Below, in pieces: positions 35,577-45,336 of a stretch of 64,000 nucleotides of DNA. The translations under genes and the position numbers were made by a program. This DNA is from an uncultured Acidimicrobiales bacterium (GTDB lineage: Bacteria; Actinomycetota; Acidimicrobiia; Acidimicrobiales; VFJN01), in the NCBI GenBank assembly GCA_963830865.1, contig CAWHNU010000005.1, forward strand, positions 214,715 to 278,714, read 5' to 3'. The notes under the pieces are model-generated. The model made no database searches, had not been told where the DNA came from, and was given only the letters and a program-made list of their open reading frames with translations. Numbering within the stretch: position 1 is the first letter of the stretch; the number at the start of each line of letters is the position of its first letter.

Positions 35577-36965
35577 ATGACCGACACGCCGTGGCTCGGG
35601 GACGCCTGCTCGCTGGTCGACGCTTTCCGGCGCGGCGAGCGCCGTCCGGCCGACGAGTTGGAGGCGGTGCTGGTCGCGATCGCCGCCAGCGACCTCGCCG
35701 CCGTGCCGTTCCTCGACGCCGATGCGGCCCGGGCGGCGGCCGCCGCCGCCGACGTCGGCCTGCCCTTCGGCGGGGTGCCGATCGGGGTCAAGGAGCTGCA
35801 TCCGGTGGCGGGCTGGCCGTCCACCGACGCCAGCCTGGTCTTCGCCGACCGCGTGGCCGACCACACGGCCACGATGGTTACCCGCCTGGACGCCGCCGGT
35901 GCCGTCAAGGTCGGCCAGACCACGAGCAGCGAGTTCGGCGGGCTCAACGTGGGCGTGACCCGGCTGCACGGCGTCACCCACAACCCGTGGCAGCTGGGCC
36001 GCTCGCCCGGCGGGTCGTCCGGCGGCTCGGCCGCGGTGGTCGCCGGCGGCCTCGTGCCGCTGGCCACGGGCTCCGACGGCGGCGGCTCGATCCGGATCCC
36101 GGCGGGGTTCTGCGGCGTGGTCGGGATGAAGGGCACCGCGGGCCGGATCCCTCGTGGTCCGATGACCGAGATCGCGCCACTCACCGTGGTGTCCGGGTGC
36201 CTGGCCCGCTCGGTGCGTGACGTCGCCCGCTGGTACGACGTGTGCGCGGGGTTCGACGCTCGCGACCCCTACAGCCTGCCGAGGATCGAGGGCTGGGAGC
36301 GGGACCTCGGCTCCCACGACCTGCGGGGTCGCACCGTCGTGATCGCCCCCGACCTGGGCAGCGCCGTCGTCAACCCGGCTGTCGCCGAGGCGGTCGAGGA
36401 GGCCGGCAAGGCGCTGGCCCGGGCGGCCGGACTGCGGCTGGTCGACGTGCCCGTGCGCCTACCGGGCCTGGGGTTCGAGTGGGCGATGTCGAACCTGGCG
36501 CAGTTGCGGCGCGAGCTGGGCGACGCCTGGCCTGCGTGCAAGGAGCAGCTGACGCTGGAGATGGCGTTCGGCCTGGAGCTGGCGGACAAGGTGTTCGACC
36601 TGTCGCTGGCGGCCACGTGCGAGCGCCAGCGGACAGAGGCCAACGAGGCGATGGCCGACCTGTTCGACCAGGTCGACTTCGTGATCTGCGCCACCAACCC
36701 GGACGTCGCCTTCCCCGCCGAGATCACGATCAGCACGAAGGTCGGCGACCAGAGCGTGGGCCCGGAGAACAACGGCGCCCTCACGATCCCGGCGAACGTG
36801 GTGGGGAACCCGGCGATCTCGATCCCGGCCGGCACGGTCGGCGGACTCCCGGTCGGCATGCAGGTGATCGGCCGCCACCACGAGGACGCCCTGCTCTTGG
36901 ACCTGGCCCTGGCGGTCGAGCGCGACCGCCCGTGGCCGCTGGTGGCCCCGGGCGCCCCGATCTGA
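35577..36965 (+). CDS. amidase (amidase-signature family)
   Basis: ATG at 35577 inside track ORF 35511..36965. AS signature is GGSSGGSAAVVAGGLVPLATGSDGGGSIRIPA. Confidence 0.9.
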   Translation: MTDTPWLGDACSLVDAFRRGERRPADELEAVLVAIAASDLAAVPFLDADAARAAAAAADVGLPFGGVPIGVKELHPVAGWPSTDASLVFADRVADHTATMVTRLDAAGAVKVGQTTSSEFGGLNVGVTRLHGVTHNPWQLGRSPGGSSGGSAAVVAGGLVPLATGSDGGGSIRIPAGFCGVVGMKGTAGRIPRGPMTEIAPLTVVSGCLARSVRDVARWYDVCAGFDARDPYSLPRIEGWERDLGSHDLRGRTVVIAPDLGSAVVNPAVAEAVEEAGKALARAAGLRLVDVPVRLPGLGFEWAMSNLAQLRRELGDAWPACKEQLTLEMAFGLELADKVFDLSLAATCERQRTEANEAMADLFDQVDFVICATNPDVAFPAEITISTKVGDQSVGPENNGALTIPANVVGNPAISIPAGTVGGLPVGMQVIGRHHEDALLLDLALAVERDRPWPLVAPGAPI

Positions 36966-36999
36966 GGTTTCGCCCGGCTGGGTCGGGGGCGGCCTTAAC

Positions 37000-37021
37000 T
37001 GTCATACCCCGTCGGGATACT
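37000..37021 (+). promoter_or_regulatory. second copy of the RecA-NDp/PafBC-like promoter: TGTCATAC-N8-GATACT, 6 nt before the ATG
   Basis: Read directly. The geometry is identical to 20960..20981. Confidence 0.5.
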
Positions 37022-37027
37022 CGGGGC

Positions 37028-37267
37028 ATGACGCAGCTCAGCCTGATCGACACCCCCAGGACCTGGCGCCTCGACGAGCGCACCCGGGCGACGGGCCGCG
37101 CCGGCCTCGCCCGGGCCCGGGCCGCACTGGCCGCCGGCATCGAGAGCCGGGTCGAGGCCCCCGAGGCCGAGGCCGAACCGGCATCCCGCCGCCGGGGCCC
37201 GCGCCGCCGACCCGGCCGCCGACCGACGCCCACCGGCGCCCCCGACCGGCGGCGTGCCGCCGCATGA
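37028..37267 (+). CDS. hypothetical 79-aa protein
   Basis: ATG at 37028 in the tail of track ORF 36242..37267, starting MTQLSLIDTPRTWRLDERTRATGRAGLARARAAL. I recognise no family. It is supported mainly by the promoter geometry. Confidence 0.45.
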   Translation: MTQLSLIDTPRTWRLDERTRATGRAGLARARAALAAGIESRVEAPEAEAEPASRRRGPRRRPGRRPTPTGAPDRRRAAA

Positions 37268-37319
37268 CGTGGTCCGAGCCGCGAGCGGGCCCGAAACCGC
37301 CCGCACTACCGTTCGGCCA

Positions 37320-37583
37320 ATGGGCATCCTCGGGTGGATTCTCGTCGGCCTCATAGCCGGCGCTCTGGCGGGCTGGATCACAGGAGCGCCGCAGGGCGGC
37401 TGCCTGGCGACGATGGTGGTCGGCATCGTCGGCGCGATCATCGGCGGCGCGCTCTGGCGGCTGGCGACGGGCGACGACTCGTCCCTCAACGAGTTCGACC
37501 TGGGTTCGATCGCGGTGGCGGTCCTCGGTTCGGTCGTGTTGGTCCTGGTGCTGGAGGCGATACGCAGATCGCCACGACGCTGA
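37320..37583 (+). CDS. GlsB/YeaQ/YmgE-family stress-response membrane protein
   Basis: ATG at 37320 inside track ORF 37254..37583. Sequence is MGILGWILVGLIAGALAGWI...GCLATMVVGIVGAIIGG. Confidence 0.8.
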   Translation: MGILGWILVGLIAGALAGWITGAPQGGCLATMVVGIVGAIIGGALWRLATGDDSSLNEFDLGSIAVAVLGSVVLVLVLEAIRRSPRR

Positions 37584-37594
37584 CGGGCGCGCCC

Positions 37595-37897
37595 ATGACC
37601 CCGCTCACGATCATCGAGGCGATCACGGTCCCGATCGCCCTGCTCGCGTGGGTGCTCTGCGGCGTGATCGTTGGCACGCTGGCGGTGCGCATCACGCCGA
37701 CCCCGGCGGCCGGCTGCCTAGCGACGATGCTGGCCGGCCTCGCCGGCGCCGTCATCGGCGGCACGTTCTGGCGGCTGGCGACGGCCGACCACTCCTCGCT
37801 CGACGACCTCGACCTCGCCTCCGTCGGCGTGGCGCTGATCGGCGCCATCGCGCTGATCCTGGTGTTGGAAGCACTGCACCGCTCGCCAGGCGGGTGA
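37595..37897 (+). CDS. GlsB/YeaQ/YmgE-family membrane protein (tandem paralog)
   Basis: ATG at 37595 inside track ORF 37334..37897. It shares GCLATM..G..GA.IGG.FWRLAT.D.SSL..-DL.S with the preceding gene. Confidence 0.75.
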   Translation: MTPLTIIEAITVPIALLAWVLCGVIVGTLAVRITPTPAAGCLATMLAGLAGAVIGGTFWRLATADHSSLDDLDLASVGVALIGAIALILVLEALHRSPGG

Positions 37898-37963
37898 CGG
37901 GGCTGCCCCTGCCTGGGTCGCATCGGCCTGACAATTCGCCACGAGTCCCCCTAGCGTGAGCCC

Positions 37964-39149
<1,186 letters not shown>

Positions 39150-39218
39150 ACCGGCACGCCGGCGCCGCGAATCGCGGCACGAGGCCGCCCCGCGAACGTC
39201 CAGCTACGGGAGGGACAG

Positions 39219-39818
39219 GTGTCCCTGGTTCTGCGCGCCCTCGGCGCGGTCCTCACGGCGGCAATCGCCGCCATGTTCACCCTGATGGTCCTGCCCGCGA
39301 CCGGCCGCGGTCGGGCGTCCGCGCCGCACGCGCCCGGCAGCGGCCGGGTCGTCCGGGTCGTCGACGGCGACACGGTCGATCGTCGACCTCGCCGGCTGCG
39401 ACCGATCACCGTCCGCCTCATCGGCATCGACACGCCCGAGACCGTCTCGCCTCGACCGGCCGGTCGAGTGCTTCGGACCCGAGGCGTCGGCCCGGCTGAG
39501 CAGCTGCTGCCGCCCGGCACCGCCGTCCGGCTGCGGCGCGACGTGGAGGCCCGCGACCGCTACGGCCGGCTGCTGGCCTACGTCTCCGCGGCGACGGACG
39601 ACCTGTTCGTCAACGCGCGACCAGGTGCGCTCGGGCCACGCGATCGCCAAGGCCATCCCGCCCAACACGGCGCTGCGGGCAACGCTGGAGCTGGCCGAAG
39701 ACACGGCCCGGTCCGCCGGGCTCGGGCTGTGGGGCCGCTGCGGCGGAGCGGACGTCCCCGCCGGGCCTGTGCCCGTGGAGGCCGCTGCACGGGAGGGCCA
39801 TGGACGGCCAGCGACTAG
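39219..39818 (+). pseudogene. secreted thermonuclease (SNase-like), about 6 frame switches as assembled
   Basis: GTG at 39219 followed by a signal/TM segment. Conserved pieces lie in two frames: GRVVRVVDGDTVD / VDLAGCD / ITVRLIGIDTPET / PVECFGPEASA / EQLLPPGTAVRLRRDVEARDRYGRLLAYV...FVNA / VRSGHAIAKAIPPNT...ARSAGLGLWGRCGG. Confidence 0.75.
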
Positions 39819-39829
39819 CCTCGGCGGAG

Positions 39830-40670
39830 ATGCTTACGCTGGCCGAACGCCTGGGCTACGACGCCGACGACCGCGTGCTGATCGTCAACTGCGACGACCT
39901 CGGGTCGAGCCACGCCGCCAACGTCGGCGTCTACGAGGCGCTGCGGGACGGCGTCGCCACGAGCGCGTCGCTCATGGTCCCCTGCCCGTGGGCCCGCGAG
40001 GCCGCGGCCCGCTACCGGGGCGAGGACGTCGGCGTCCACCTGACCCTCAACGCCGAGCACGACCTCTACCGCTGGGGCCCGATCACCCAGGCCCCCTCGC
40101 TGCTCGACGGCGACGGCGGCTTCCCCCGCACCGTCGCGCGACCTCTGGGACCACGCCGACCTCGACGAGGTCCGCCGCGAGCTGCGCGCCCAGGTCGAGC
40201 GGGCGATCCTCTGGGGCTTCGACGTCAGCCACCTCGACAGCCACATGGGCACGCTCCAGCTCCGGCCCGAGTTCTTCGACGTCTACCTCGACCTCGCCGT
40301 GGAGTTCGGGCTGCCCGCTCCGCCTGACCGGGCCCGACGACCGAGCGCACGGTCGGCTTCCCCTTCCGCAAGCTGGCCGCCGAGGAGGGCGTGGTCTTCC
40401 CCGACCACTTCACCTACTTCCGGGGCGGGGGCCGGCGCCGGGCCGTCGAGCGGGCGATCTACCGACCTCGCCCCGGGCGTCACCGAGATCCACCTCCACC
40501 CGGCGATCGACACGCCCGAGCTGCGGGCCTCAGACGCCGGACTGGGCGGACCGGGTCGACGACCACGACCTGGTGGTCAACGACCACAGCCTGCGGACGC
40601 TCGCTCGGCCGGGCCGGCGCCCACCTGATCGGCTATCGCCAGCTGCGCGAGCTCCAGCGCGCCGCGCTGA
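39830..40670 (+). pseudogene. ChbG/YdjC-family carbohydrate deacetylase, 6 successive +1 frame switches as assembled; 3' end uncertain
   Basis: MLTLAERLGYDADDRVLIVNCDDLGSSHAANVG...GFPRTVA / DLWDHADLDEVRRELRAQVERAILWGFDVSHLDSHMGT...EFGLP / LRLTGPDD / ERTVGFPFRKLAAEEGVVFPDHFTYF...AIY / DLAPGVTEIHLHPAIDTPELRASD / PDWADRVDDHDLVVNDHSLRTL / LGRAGAHLIGYRQLRELQ. Extra nt at 40139, 40317, 40342, 40463, 40536 and 40603. Confidence 0.7.
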
Positions 40671-41090
40671 ACCGCGAGCCGGCAGCACGGCGCCGGGTCA
40701 GGCCGGCGGTCGCGGTGAGCGCCAACAGGCGCAGCAGCGGCGGCGTGGTCGCCGGCCACCTTGGCCCGCGCCCTGCATGAACGCGGACGATAGCGTCGAG
40801 CGTCGCCCGCGGAGCGACGGCCGCCGCCAGCTCGTGCGGCATCGTCACGAGCACCCGGGGGATCCCGCCGACCGACCGGGCGTCGGGCTCGGGCGCGTCG
40901 TCGCGCCCGGCACCGGCGTCGACCGCCCGTCCGTCGGCGAACGTCACCCACCACGCCGACGTCGCCCTCCGGGCCGCCGGTCACGACCGTCTGCAGCCGG
41001 CCGGAGCGCCCGGGCGGCTCCGGCAGGTCTGCGCAGGCGCGCCGGTACGCCTCGACCCACTCGTCGCTCGAGCGCGGCGCCGTCGCCCAC
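40633..41090 (-). pseudogene. SCP2 / sterol-carrier-like domain protein, at least 5 frame switches as assembled; both ends uncertain
   Basis: Own stitched minus-strand reading: VGDGAALE / DEWVEAYRRACADLPEPPGRSGRLQTVVTGGPEGDVGVV / VTFADGRAVDAG...LVTMPHELAAAVA...LDAIV / AFMQGAG / KVAGDHAA / LLRLLALTATAG. This shows the typical SCP2 pattern (Afm.G..kv.GD...l.rL). Extra nt at about 41066, 40949, 40785, 40763 and 40738. Confidence 0.5.
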
Positions 41091-41107
41091 GGCCGGCCGC
41101 CGCCCGC

Positions 41108-41994
41108 TCAGGACGGCCGGGCGGCGGGCTGCGGACGCCGGCGAAGAGGTCGGTCTCGGGCCGCTCGGTGTCGACGAGGCCCCGGGCCAGGATGTACTCG
41201 TCGTAGGGGTGGATCGTGCGGCTGATCCTCGTCGGGACAGGCCGAACCAGAACGGCGACGTCGGGTCGACCTGGGTCTCGTGCGCCAGCAGGGCGTCGAG
41301 CCGCACGTCGGTGAACCCGGTGATGTCGATCGAGGTCGTCACCCGGTGGTCGTGCGAGGGCCGCTTGAACCAGTCGTCGCTCGAAGGGCGACTCGATCCC
41401 CAGCTCCAGGTAGCGCTTGTGCATGGCCTCGATCCGCGTCCGGGACCACGTCGAGTAGTACAGCTTCAGCGGCTGCCACGGGTCGCCGAGCTCCGCGTAG
41501 GCCTCCGGGTCGCCGGCCCGGTCGAACGCCGACGACCGAGATGTCGTGTACCCGCAGGTGGTCGGGGTGCGGGTAGCCCTGCTGGTCGTCGCCGTAGGTG
41601 ACGACGACCTGCGGCCGCTCCCGGCGGATGACCTCGACCAGTCGCCCGACCGCCTCGTCGAGCGGGGCGTTGGCGAAGTTGTCGGGGTGCTGCGTTGGCC
41701 GGCGTGTCCGGCATGCCCGAGTCGCGGTAGCCCAGCAGAGCACGAGCTCGTCGTAGCCGATGATCTCGACCGACCGCTCCAGCTCCGCGGAGGCGGACGC
41801 CGGCAGGTCGGCCTTGACCTCGTCGCGGTCCATGGCCGGGTTGAGGATGTCGCCGGCCTCGCCGCCGGTGCAGCGTGACGAGGACGGTGCGGACGCCCTC
41901 GGCGTGGTAGCGGGCCACGGTGCCGGCGCCCTTGGACGCCTCGTCGTCGGGATGGGCGTGCACGCTCAGAGAGGCAGAGTCGGGTCTCGTCCAT
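41108..41994 (-). pseudogene. mca: mycothiol S-conjugate amidase (Mca; LmbE/PIG-L deacetylase family), at least 7 frame switches as assembled
   Basis: Stitched reading: MDETRL.. / [32 protein letters not shown] / [23 protein letters not shown]...YDELV / [16 protein letters not shown] / [53 protein letters not shown] / [28 protein letters not shown]...GIESPFE / DDWFKRPSHDHRVTTSIDITGF...HETQVDPTSPFWFGLS / ISRTIHPYDEYILARGLVDTERPETDLFAG. It is collinear with M. tuberculosis Mca as I recall it. Confidence 0.75.
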
Positions 41995-42179
41995 TGGCGG
42001 CCACGCTACCGGCCGCCGGGCCGGGCCCGGTCCGCCCTGTGCCGCCACCGATTCGGCCCGGGCGGGCCACGATTCGCGCCGAGTGGCCCGGCTGGCGGGG
42101 CCTGACGGGCGCGAACGTCCACTAAAATTGTGTCCAGACGGCCCGACGTGGCCGGTAGGTGAGCCGAGGCGGAACACCG

Positions 42180-42736
42180 ATGGATAGTCCCGAAGACTGG
42201 CGCTGGGTATGGCTGGTCGCCGCGGCCGTGTTCGCGATCGGCGAGATGGCGTCGCCGGGCTCGTTCTTCCTGGCCCCGTTCGCGATCGGCGCCTTCGTCG
42301 CGGCGGTGCTGCGCGCTCGCGGACGTCGCCGTCGTGTGGGAGTGGCTCGCCTTCGTCGTGGTGTCGATCGCCGCCCTGGCGGCGATGCGGCCGCTGGCCC
42401 GGCGGCTCGACCGCAAGGCGCTCGACGAGGGCGTCGGCTCCCGCCGGTTGCTGGGTCGGCAGGCGACCGTGCTCCGGGCGATCCCCGCCGGCGACGAACT
42501 CGGCATGGTGCGGGTCGACCGCGAGGAATGGCGGGCCACAGTCCATCGACGGGGCGCCGATCGAGGCCGGCGCCGTCGTCCGGGTCGCCGACGTGCAGGG
42601 CACGCGCGTCATCGTGGCCTCCCTGGGCGCCCTGCCCGACCCCACCCCCGCGGACGAGCCTGGCCCCGCCGACGAGCCGGGCCCCGCCGACGAGGCGCCA
42701 CCCGACGCCCATGCACAAGAGGAGCAACCCCCGTGA
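42180..42736 (+). pseudogene. nfeD: NfeD-family membrane protein, 2 frame switches (+1, +1) as assembled
   Basis: MDSPEDWRWVWLVAAAVFAIGEMASPGSFFLAPFAIGAFVAAVL / ALADVAVVWEWLAFVVVSIAALAAMRPLARRL...GMVRVDREEWRAT / SIDGAPIEAGAVVRVADVQGTRVIVASL...stop. Extra nt at about 42313 and about 42541. A candidate -10 TAAAAT lies at 42123-42128. Confidence 0.75.
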
Positions 42737-43761
42737 CATACGTGGCCCTGCTGGCCGTCCTGGCGATCGTCCTGTTCGTGTACGTCGCCTGGGGCGTCAA
42801 GATCGTCCGGCCCCACCAGAAGGGCCTGATCGAGCAGGTCGGCAAGTACAAGACCACCGTCGACCCCGGCCTGCACCTGATCGTCCCGTTCATCCAGACC
42901 CTGCGGCCCGTCGACATGCGCGAGCAGGTCGTCGACGTTCCGCCCCAGGAGGTGATCACCTCCGACAACGTCGTCGTGTCGGTGGACGCGGTCATCTACT
43001 ACGAGCCGACCGAGCCCCAGCGGCTGGTCTACAACGTCGCCAACTTCATGATGGCGGTGACCAAGCTGGCGCAGACCAACCTGCGGAACGTCGTCGGCGA
43101 CATGAAGCTCGACGAGGCACTGACCTCCCGGGACAAGATCAACCTCGAGCTGCGGGAGATCCTCGACGACGCCACCGACAAGTGGGGTGTCCGGGTGGGA
43201 CGGGTCGAGATCCAGCGCATCGACCCGCCGCCGGACGTCATGCACTCGATGCACGAGCAGATGAAGGCCGAGCGCACCCGCCGGGCCACCGTCATCTCCG
43301 CCGAGGGCGAGCGCCAGGCCGCCATCACCCGCGCCGAGGGCGACCAGAAGTCCGCGATCCTGCGGGCCGAGGGCGACAAGCAGCAGCAGATCCTGCGGGC
43401 CGAGGGCGAGGCCCAGGCCATCCAGCGCGTGGCCGAGGCCGAGCGCTTCCGGCAGGAGACGGTGGCCGAGGGTGAGGCCGAGGCGATCCGGTCGGTGTAC
43501 GGCGCCATCCACCAGGGTGCGCCGGACACGGCGCTGCTCACGATCAAGTACCTCGACGCCCTGAAGGCCATGGCCGACGGCCGGGCGACCAAGATCGTCG
43601 TGCCGACCGAGCTGGCGGGCATCGCCGGCTCGCTGACCGCGGTCGCCGAGCTGCTCAACAGCGGCAACCGCAACGGCGATGCCAACGGCGACACGGCCGA
43701 CGCGCCTCCCCCGCCTCCCGCGATCGCACCCGGGTCGAGCTCCGAGTCCAGCGACGGCTGA
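42733..43761 (+). CDS. SPFH/Band-7 (stomatin-like) protein
   Basis: GTG at 42733 overlapping the nfeD TGA (GTGA), in the frame of track ORF 42334..43761. Carries KIVRPHQKGLIEQVGKY, ITSDNVVVSVDAVIYY and the EAEA-repeat region. Confidence 0.9.
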   Translation: MTYVALLAVLAIVLFVYVAWGVKIVRPHQKGLIEQVGKYKTTVDPGLHLIVPFIQTLRPVDMREQVVDVPPQEVITSDNVVVSVDAVIYYEPTEPQRLVYNVANFMMAVTKLAQTNLRNVVGDMKLDEALTSRDKINLELREILDDATDKWGVRVGRVEIQRIDPPPDVMHSMHEQMKAERTRRATVISAEGERQAAITRAEGDQKSAILRAEGDKQQQILRAEGEAQAIQRVAEAERFRQETVAEGEAEAIRSVYGAIHQGAPDTALLTIKYLDALKAMADGRATKIVVPTELAGIAGSLTAVAELLNSGNRNGDANGDTADAPPPPPAIAPGSSSESSDG

Positions 43762-43783
43762 CCGCCCGGCGACCCGACCACGC

Positions 43784-44023
43784 ATGCCGCCCGACGGCCC
43801 GTACGAGCTGGCGGTGCGGGTGATACCCCGGGCCCGGCGCGACGAGGTCGGCGGCGAACGGGCGGGCCGGCTGGTCGTGCGGACGACCGCCGCCCCGGTC
43901 GACGGCCGGGCCAACGAGGCGGTGTGCCGGCTGGTGGCGGCTCACCTCGGGGTGCGCCACCAGGCCGTCAGCGTCGTCGCGGGCCTCCGTTCCCGCGACA
44001 AGACGCTGCGGATCGGCGGCTGA
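43784..44023 (+). CDS. DUF167 (YggU-like) protein
   Basis: ATG at 43784 in track ORF 43679..44023. Carries ELAVRVIPRARRDEVGGE...APVDGRANEAVCRLVAAHLGV. Confidence 0.8.
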   Translation: MPPDGPYELAVRVIPRARRDEVGGERAGRLVVRTTAAPVDGRANEAVCRLVAAHLGVRHQAVSVVAGLRSRDKTLRIGG

Positions 44024-45280
44024 TCAGCGTCCGCCGGTGGGCACGAGGGGTTCGAGGCGCTCCTGGCCGGTGTCCTCGTCCTCCTCCAGGCGCCACCCGA
44101 GCCGGGCGGCAAGGAGCGGATGGCCCTCGTCGGGCCCGCTCGCGATCAACTCGTCGCCCTCGGCCAGCGTCACGTGGCCCCGGGGCCGGTAGACGTAGCG
44201 GCCGCCCCGGCGGATGGCGAGGACGTGGAACCCCGGGTCGACATCGAGCTGCAGCTCCTGCAGCGACGCGCCGTCGGCCGGCGAGCCGGCGGCCACGGGG
44301 ACCCGCACGACCACCTCGTCGCTCTCGCCCAGGGCGATGCCGATGATCGGGTGCACCTCCTCGTGCTTCTCGATCAGCCACACCATCTGCTGGGCCGAGT
44401 CGCCGAGGTCCTCGGCTGCCTGGGACAGGTGCAGGAGCCCCCGCAGCGGCGACGGGTCGATGTCGACCGACGCGGCCCGAAGGACCCACAGCTCGAGGCG
44501 GTCCTTCATCTCGTCGAGCCGGTCCTCGAGGTGGCGGACCTCGGCGGCGAGGCCCAGGTCCCGCAGCACCAGGGCCGAGTACGCCAGCCCGACCGCGGTC
44601 TCCGACACGTTCTTCATCTCGACCAGCACGTCGACCGCCCGGTCGAGGTCGGTGAGGGTGCCGTCCTCCGGCGGGACGGGCGGCTGCCAGCGGGGCGCGG
44701 CGGCCAGCTCGCGCAGGCGAGGGATGCCCGCGGGCGAGCCCCGCAGGAACAGCACGTCGCCGGGCACCATGATCTCCTCGCCCTCGACGTCTGTGATCCA
44801 CTCGCGGTCGCGCCGGATGGCCACGATCCGCATGCCCGTCTGCACCGGCAGCTCCAGGTCGACGAGCGGGCGGCGGGCCAGGTGGGACCCGTCCCGCACC
44901 CGGACCCGGTGCGACACCTCCTCGGCGTTGGACAGGTCGGCGACCAGCTCGCGGGGGATGCCGAGGCGGTGGGTCACGATGCGGGCGATGTCGACGGCGT
45001 TGTTGGCGATCCGCTCGATCGACGAGATCACCTGGAGCACCGACGCCATGGCGTCGGCCTCGCGGGGGTTGCGGGCGGCCATGACGCACACCGAGCGCAT
45101 GTCGTGGACGAGGTCGTCCATGCGCTCCTCGAGCGCCCCGACCTCCTCCGCCATCCCCGGATCGCCGAAGTACAGCGCGGCGTAGGCCAGGTCGACCATC
45201 AGCTCCGAAAGGTCCTTGGCCTCCGCCAGCATCGCCCGGAGGTTGCGCGGTCTGTCATCCATCGGCGGGATCGCCGACAA
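44024..45280 (-). CDS. regulatory protein with duplicated PhoU-like plus TrkA-C (RCK_C) modules
   Basis: Track ORF of 418 aa. It contains two repeats of a PhoU-like helical region (ERIANNAVDIARIV; AEDLGDSAQQMVW) followed by TrkA-C-like beta domains (GMRIVAIRRDREWI...PGDVLFLRG; FHVLAIRRGGRYV...GDELIASG). Confidence 0.75.
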   Translation of the reverse strand: MSAIPPMDDRPRNLRAMLAEAKDLSELMVDLAYAALYFGDPGMAEEVGALEERMDDLVHDMRSVCVMAARNPREADAMASVLQVISSIERIANNAVDIARIVTHRLGIPRELVADLSNAEEVSHRVRVRDGSHLARRPLVDLELPVQTGMRIVAIRRDREWITDVEGEEIMVPGDVLFLRGSPAGIPRLRELAAAPRWQPPVPPEDGTLTDLDRAVDVLVEMKNVSETAVGLAYSALVLRDLGLAAEVRHLEDRLDEMKDRLELWVLRAASVDIDPSPLRGLLHLSQAAEDLGDSAQQMVWLIEKHEEVHPIIGIALGESDEVVVRVPVAAGSPADGASLQELQLDVDPGFHVLAIRRGGRYVYRPRGHVTLAEGDELIASGPDEGHPLLAARLGWRLEEDEDTGQERLEPLVPTGGR

Positions 45281-45336
45281 CGATAGGCGCTCGGGCGGAC
45301 TCGCAGTGCCGGATAGCGGTCACAGGACGTGTGCTC

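Noticed and set aside
39625-43914. Track ORFs 39625..41601(+) at 658 aa and 40981..43914(-) at 977 aa as real large proteins.
   Set aside because: Each merely threads through single-frame pieces of several frame-broken genes (nuclease/ChbG, and Mca plus the antisense of SPFH). Neither has a coherent domain structure.
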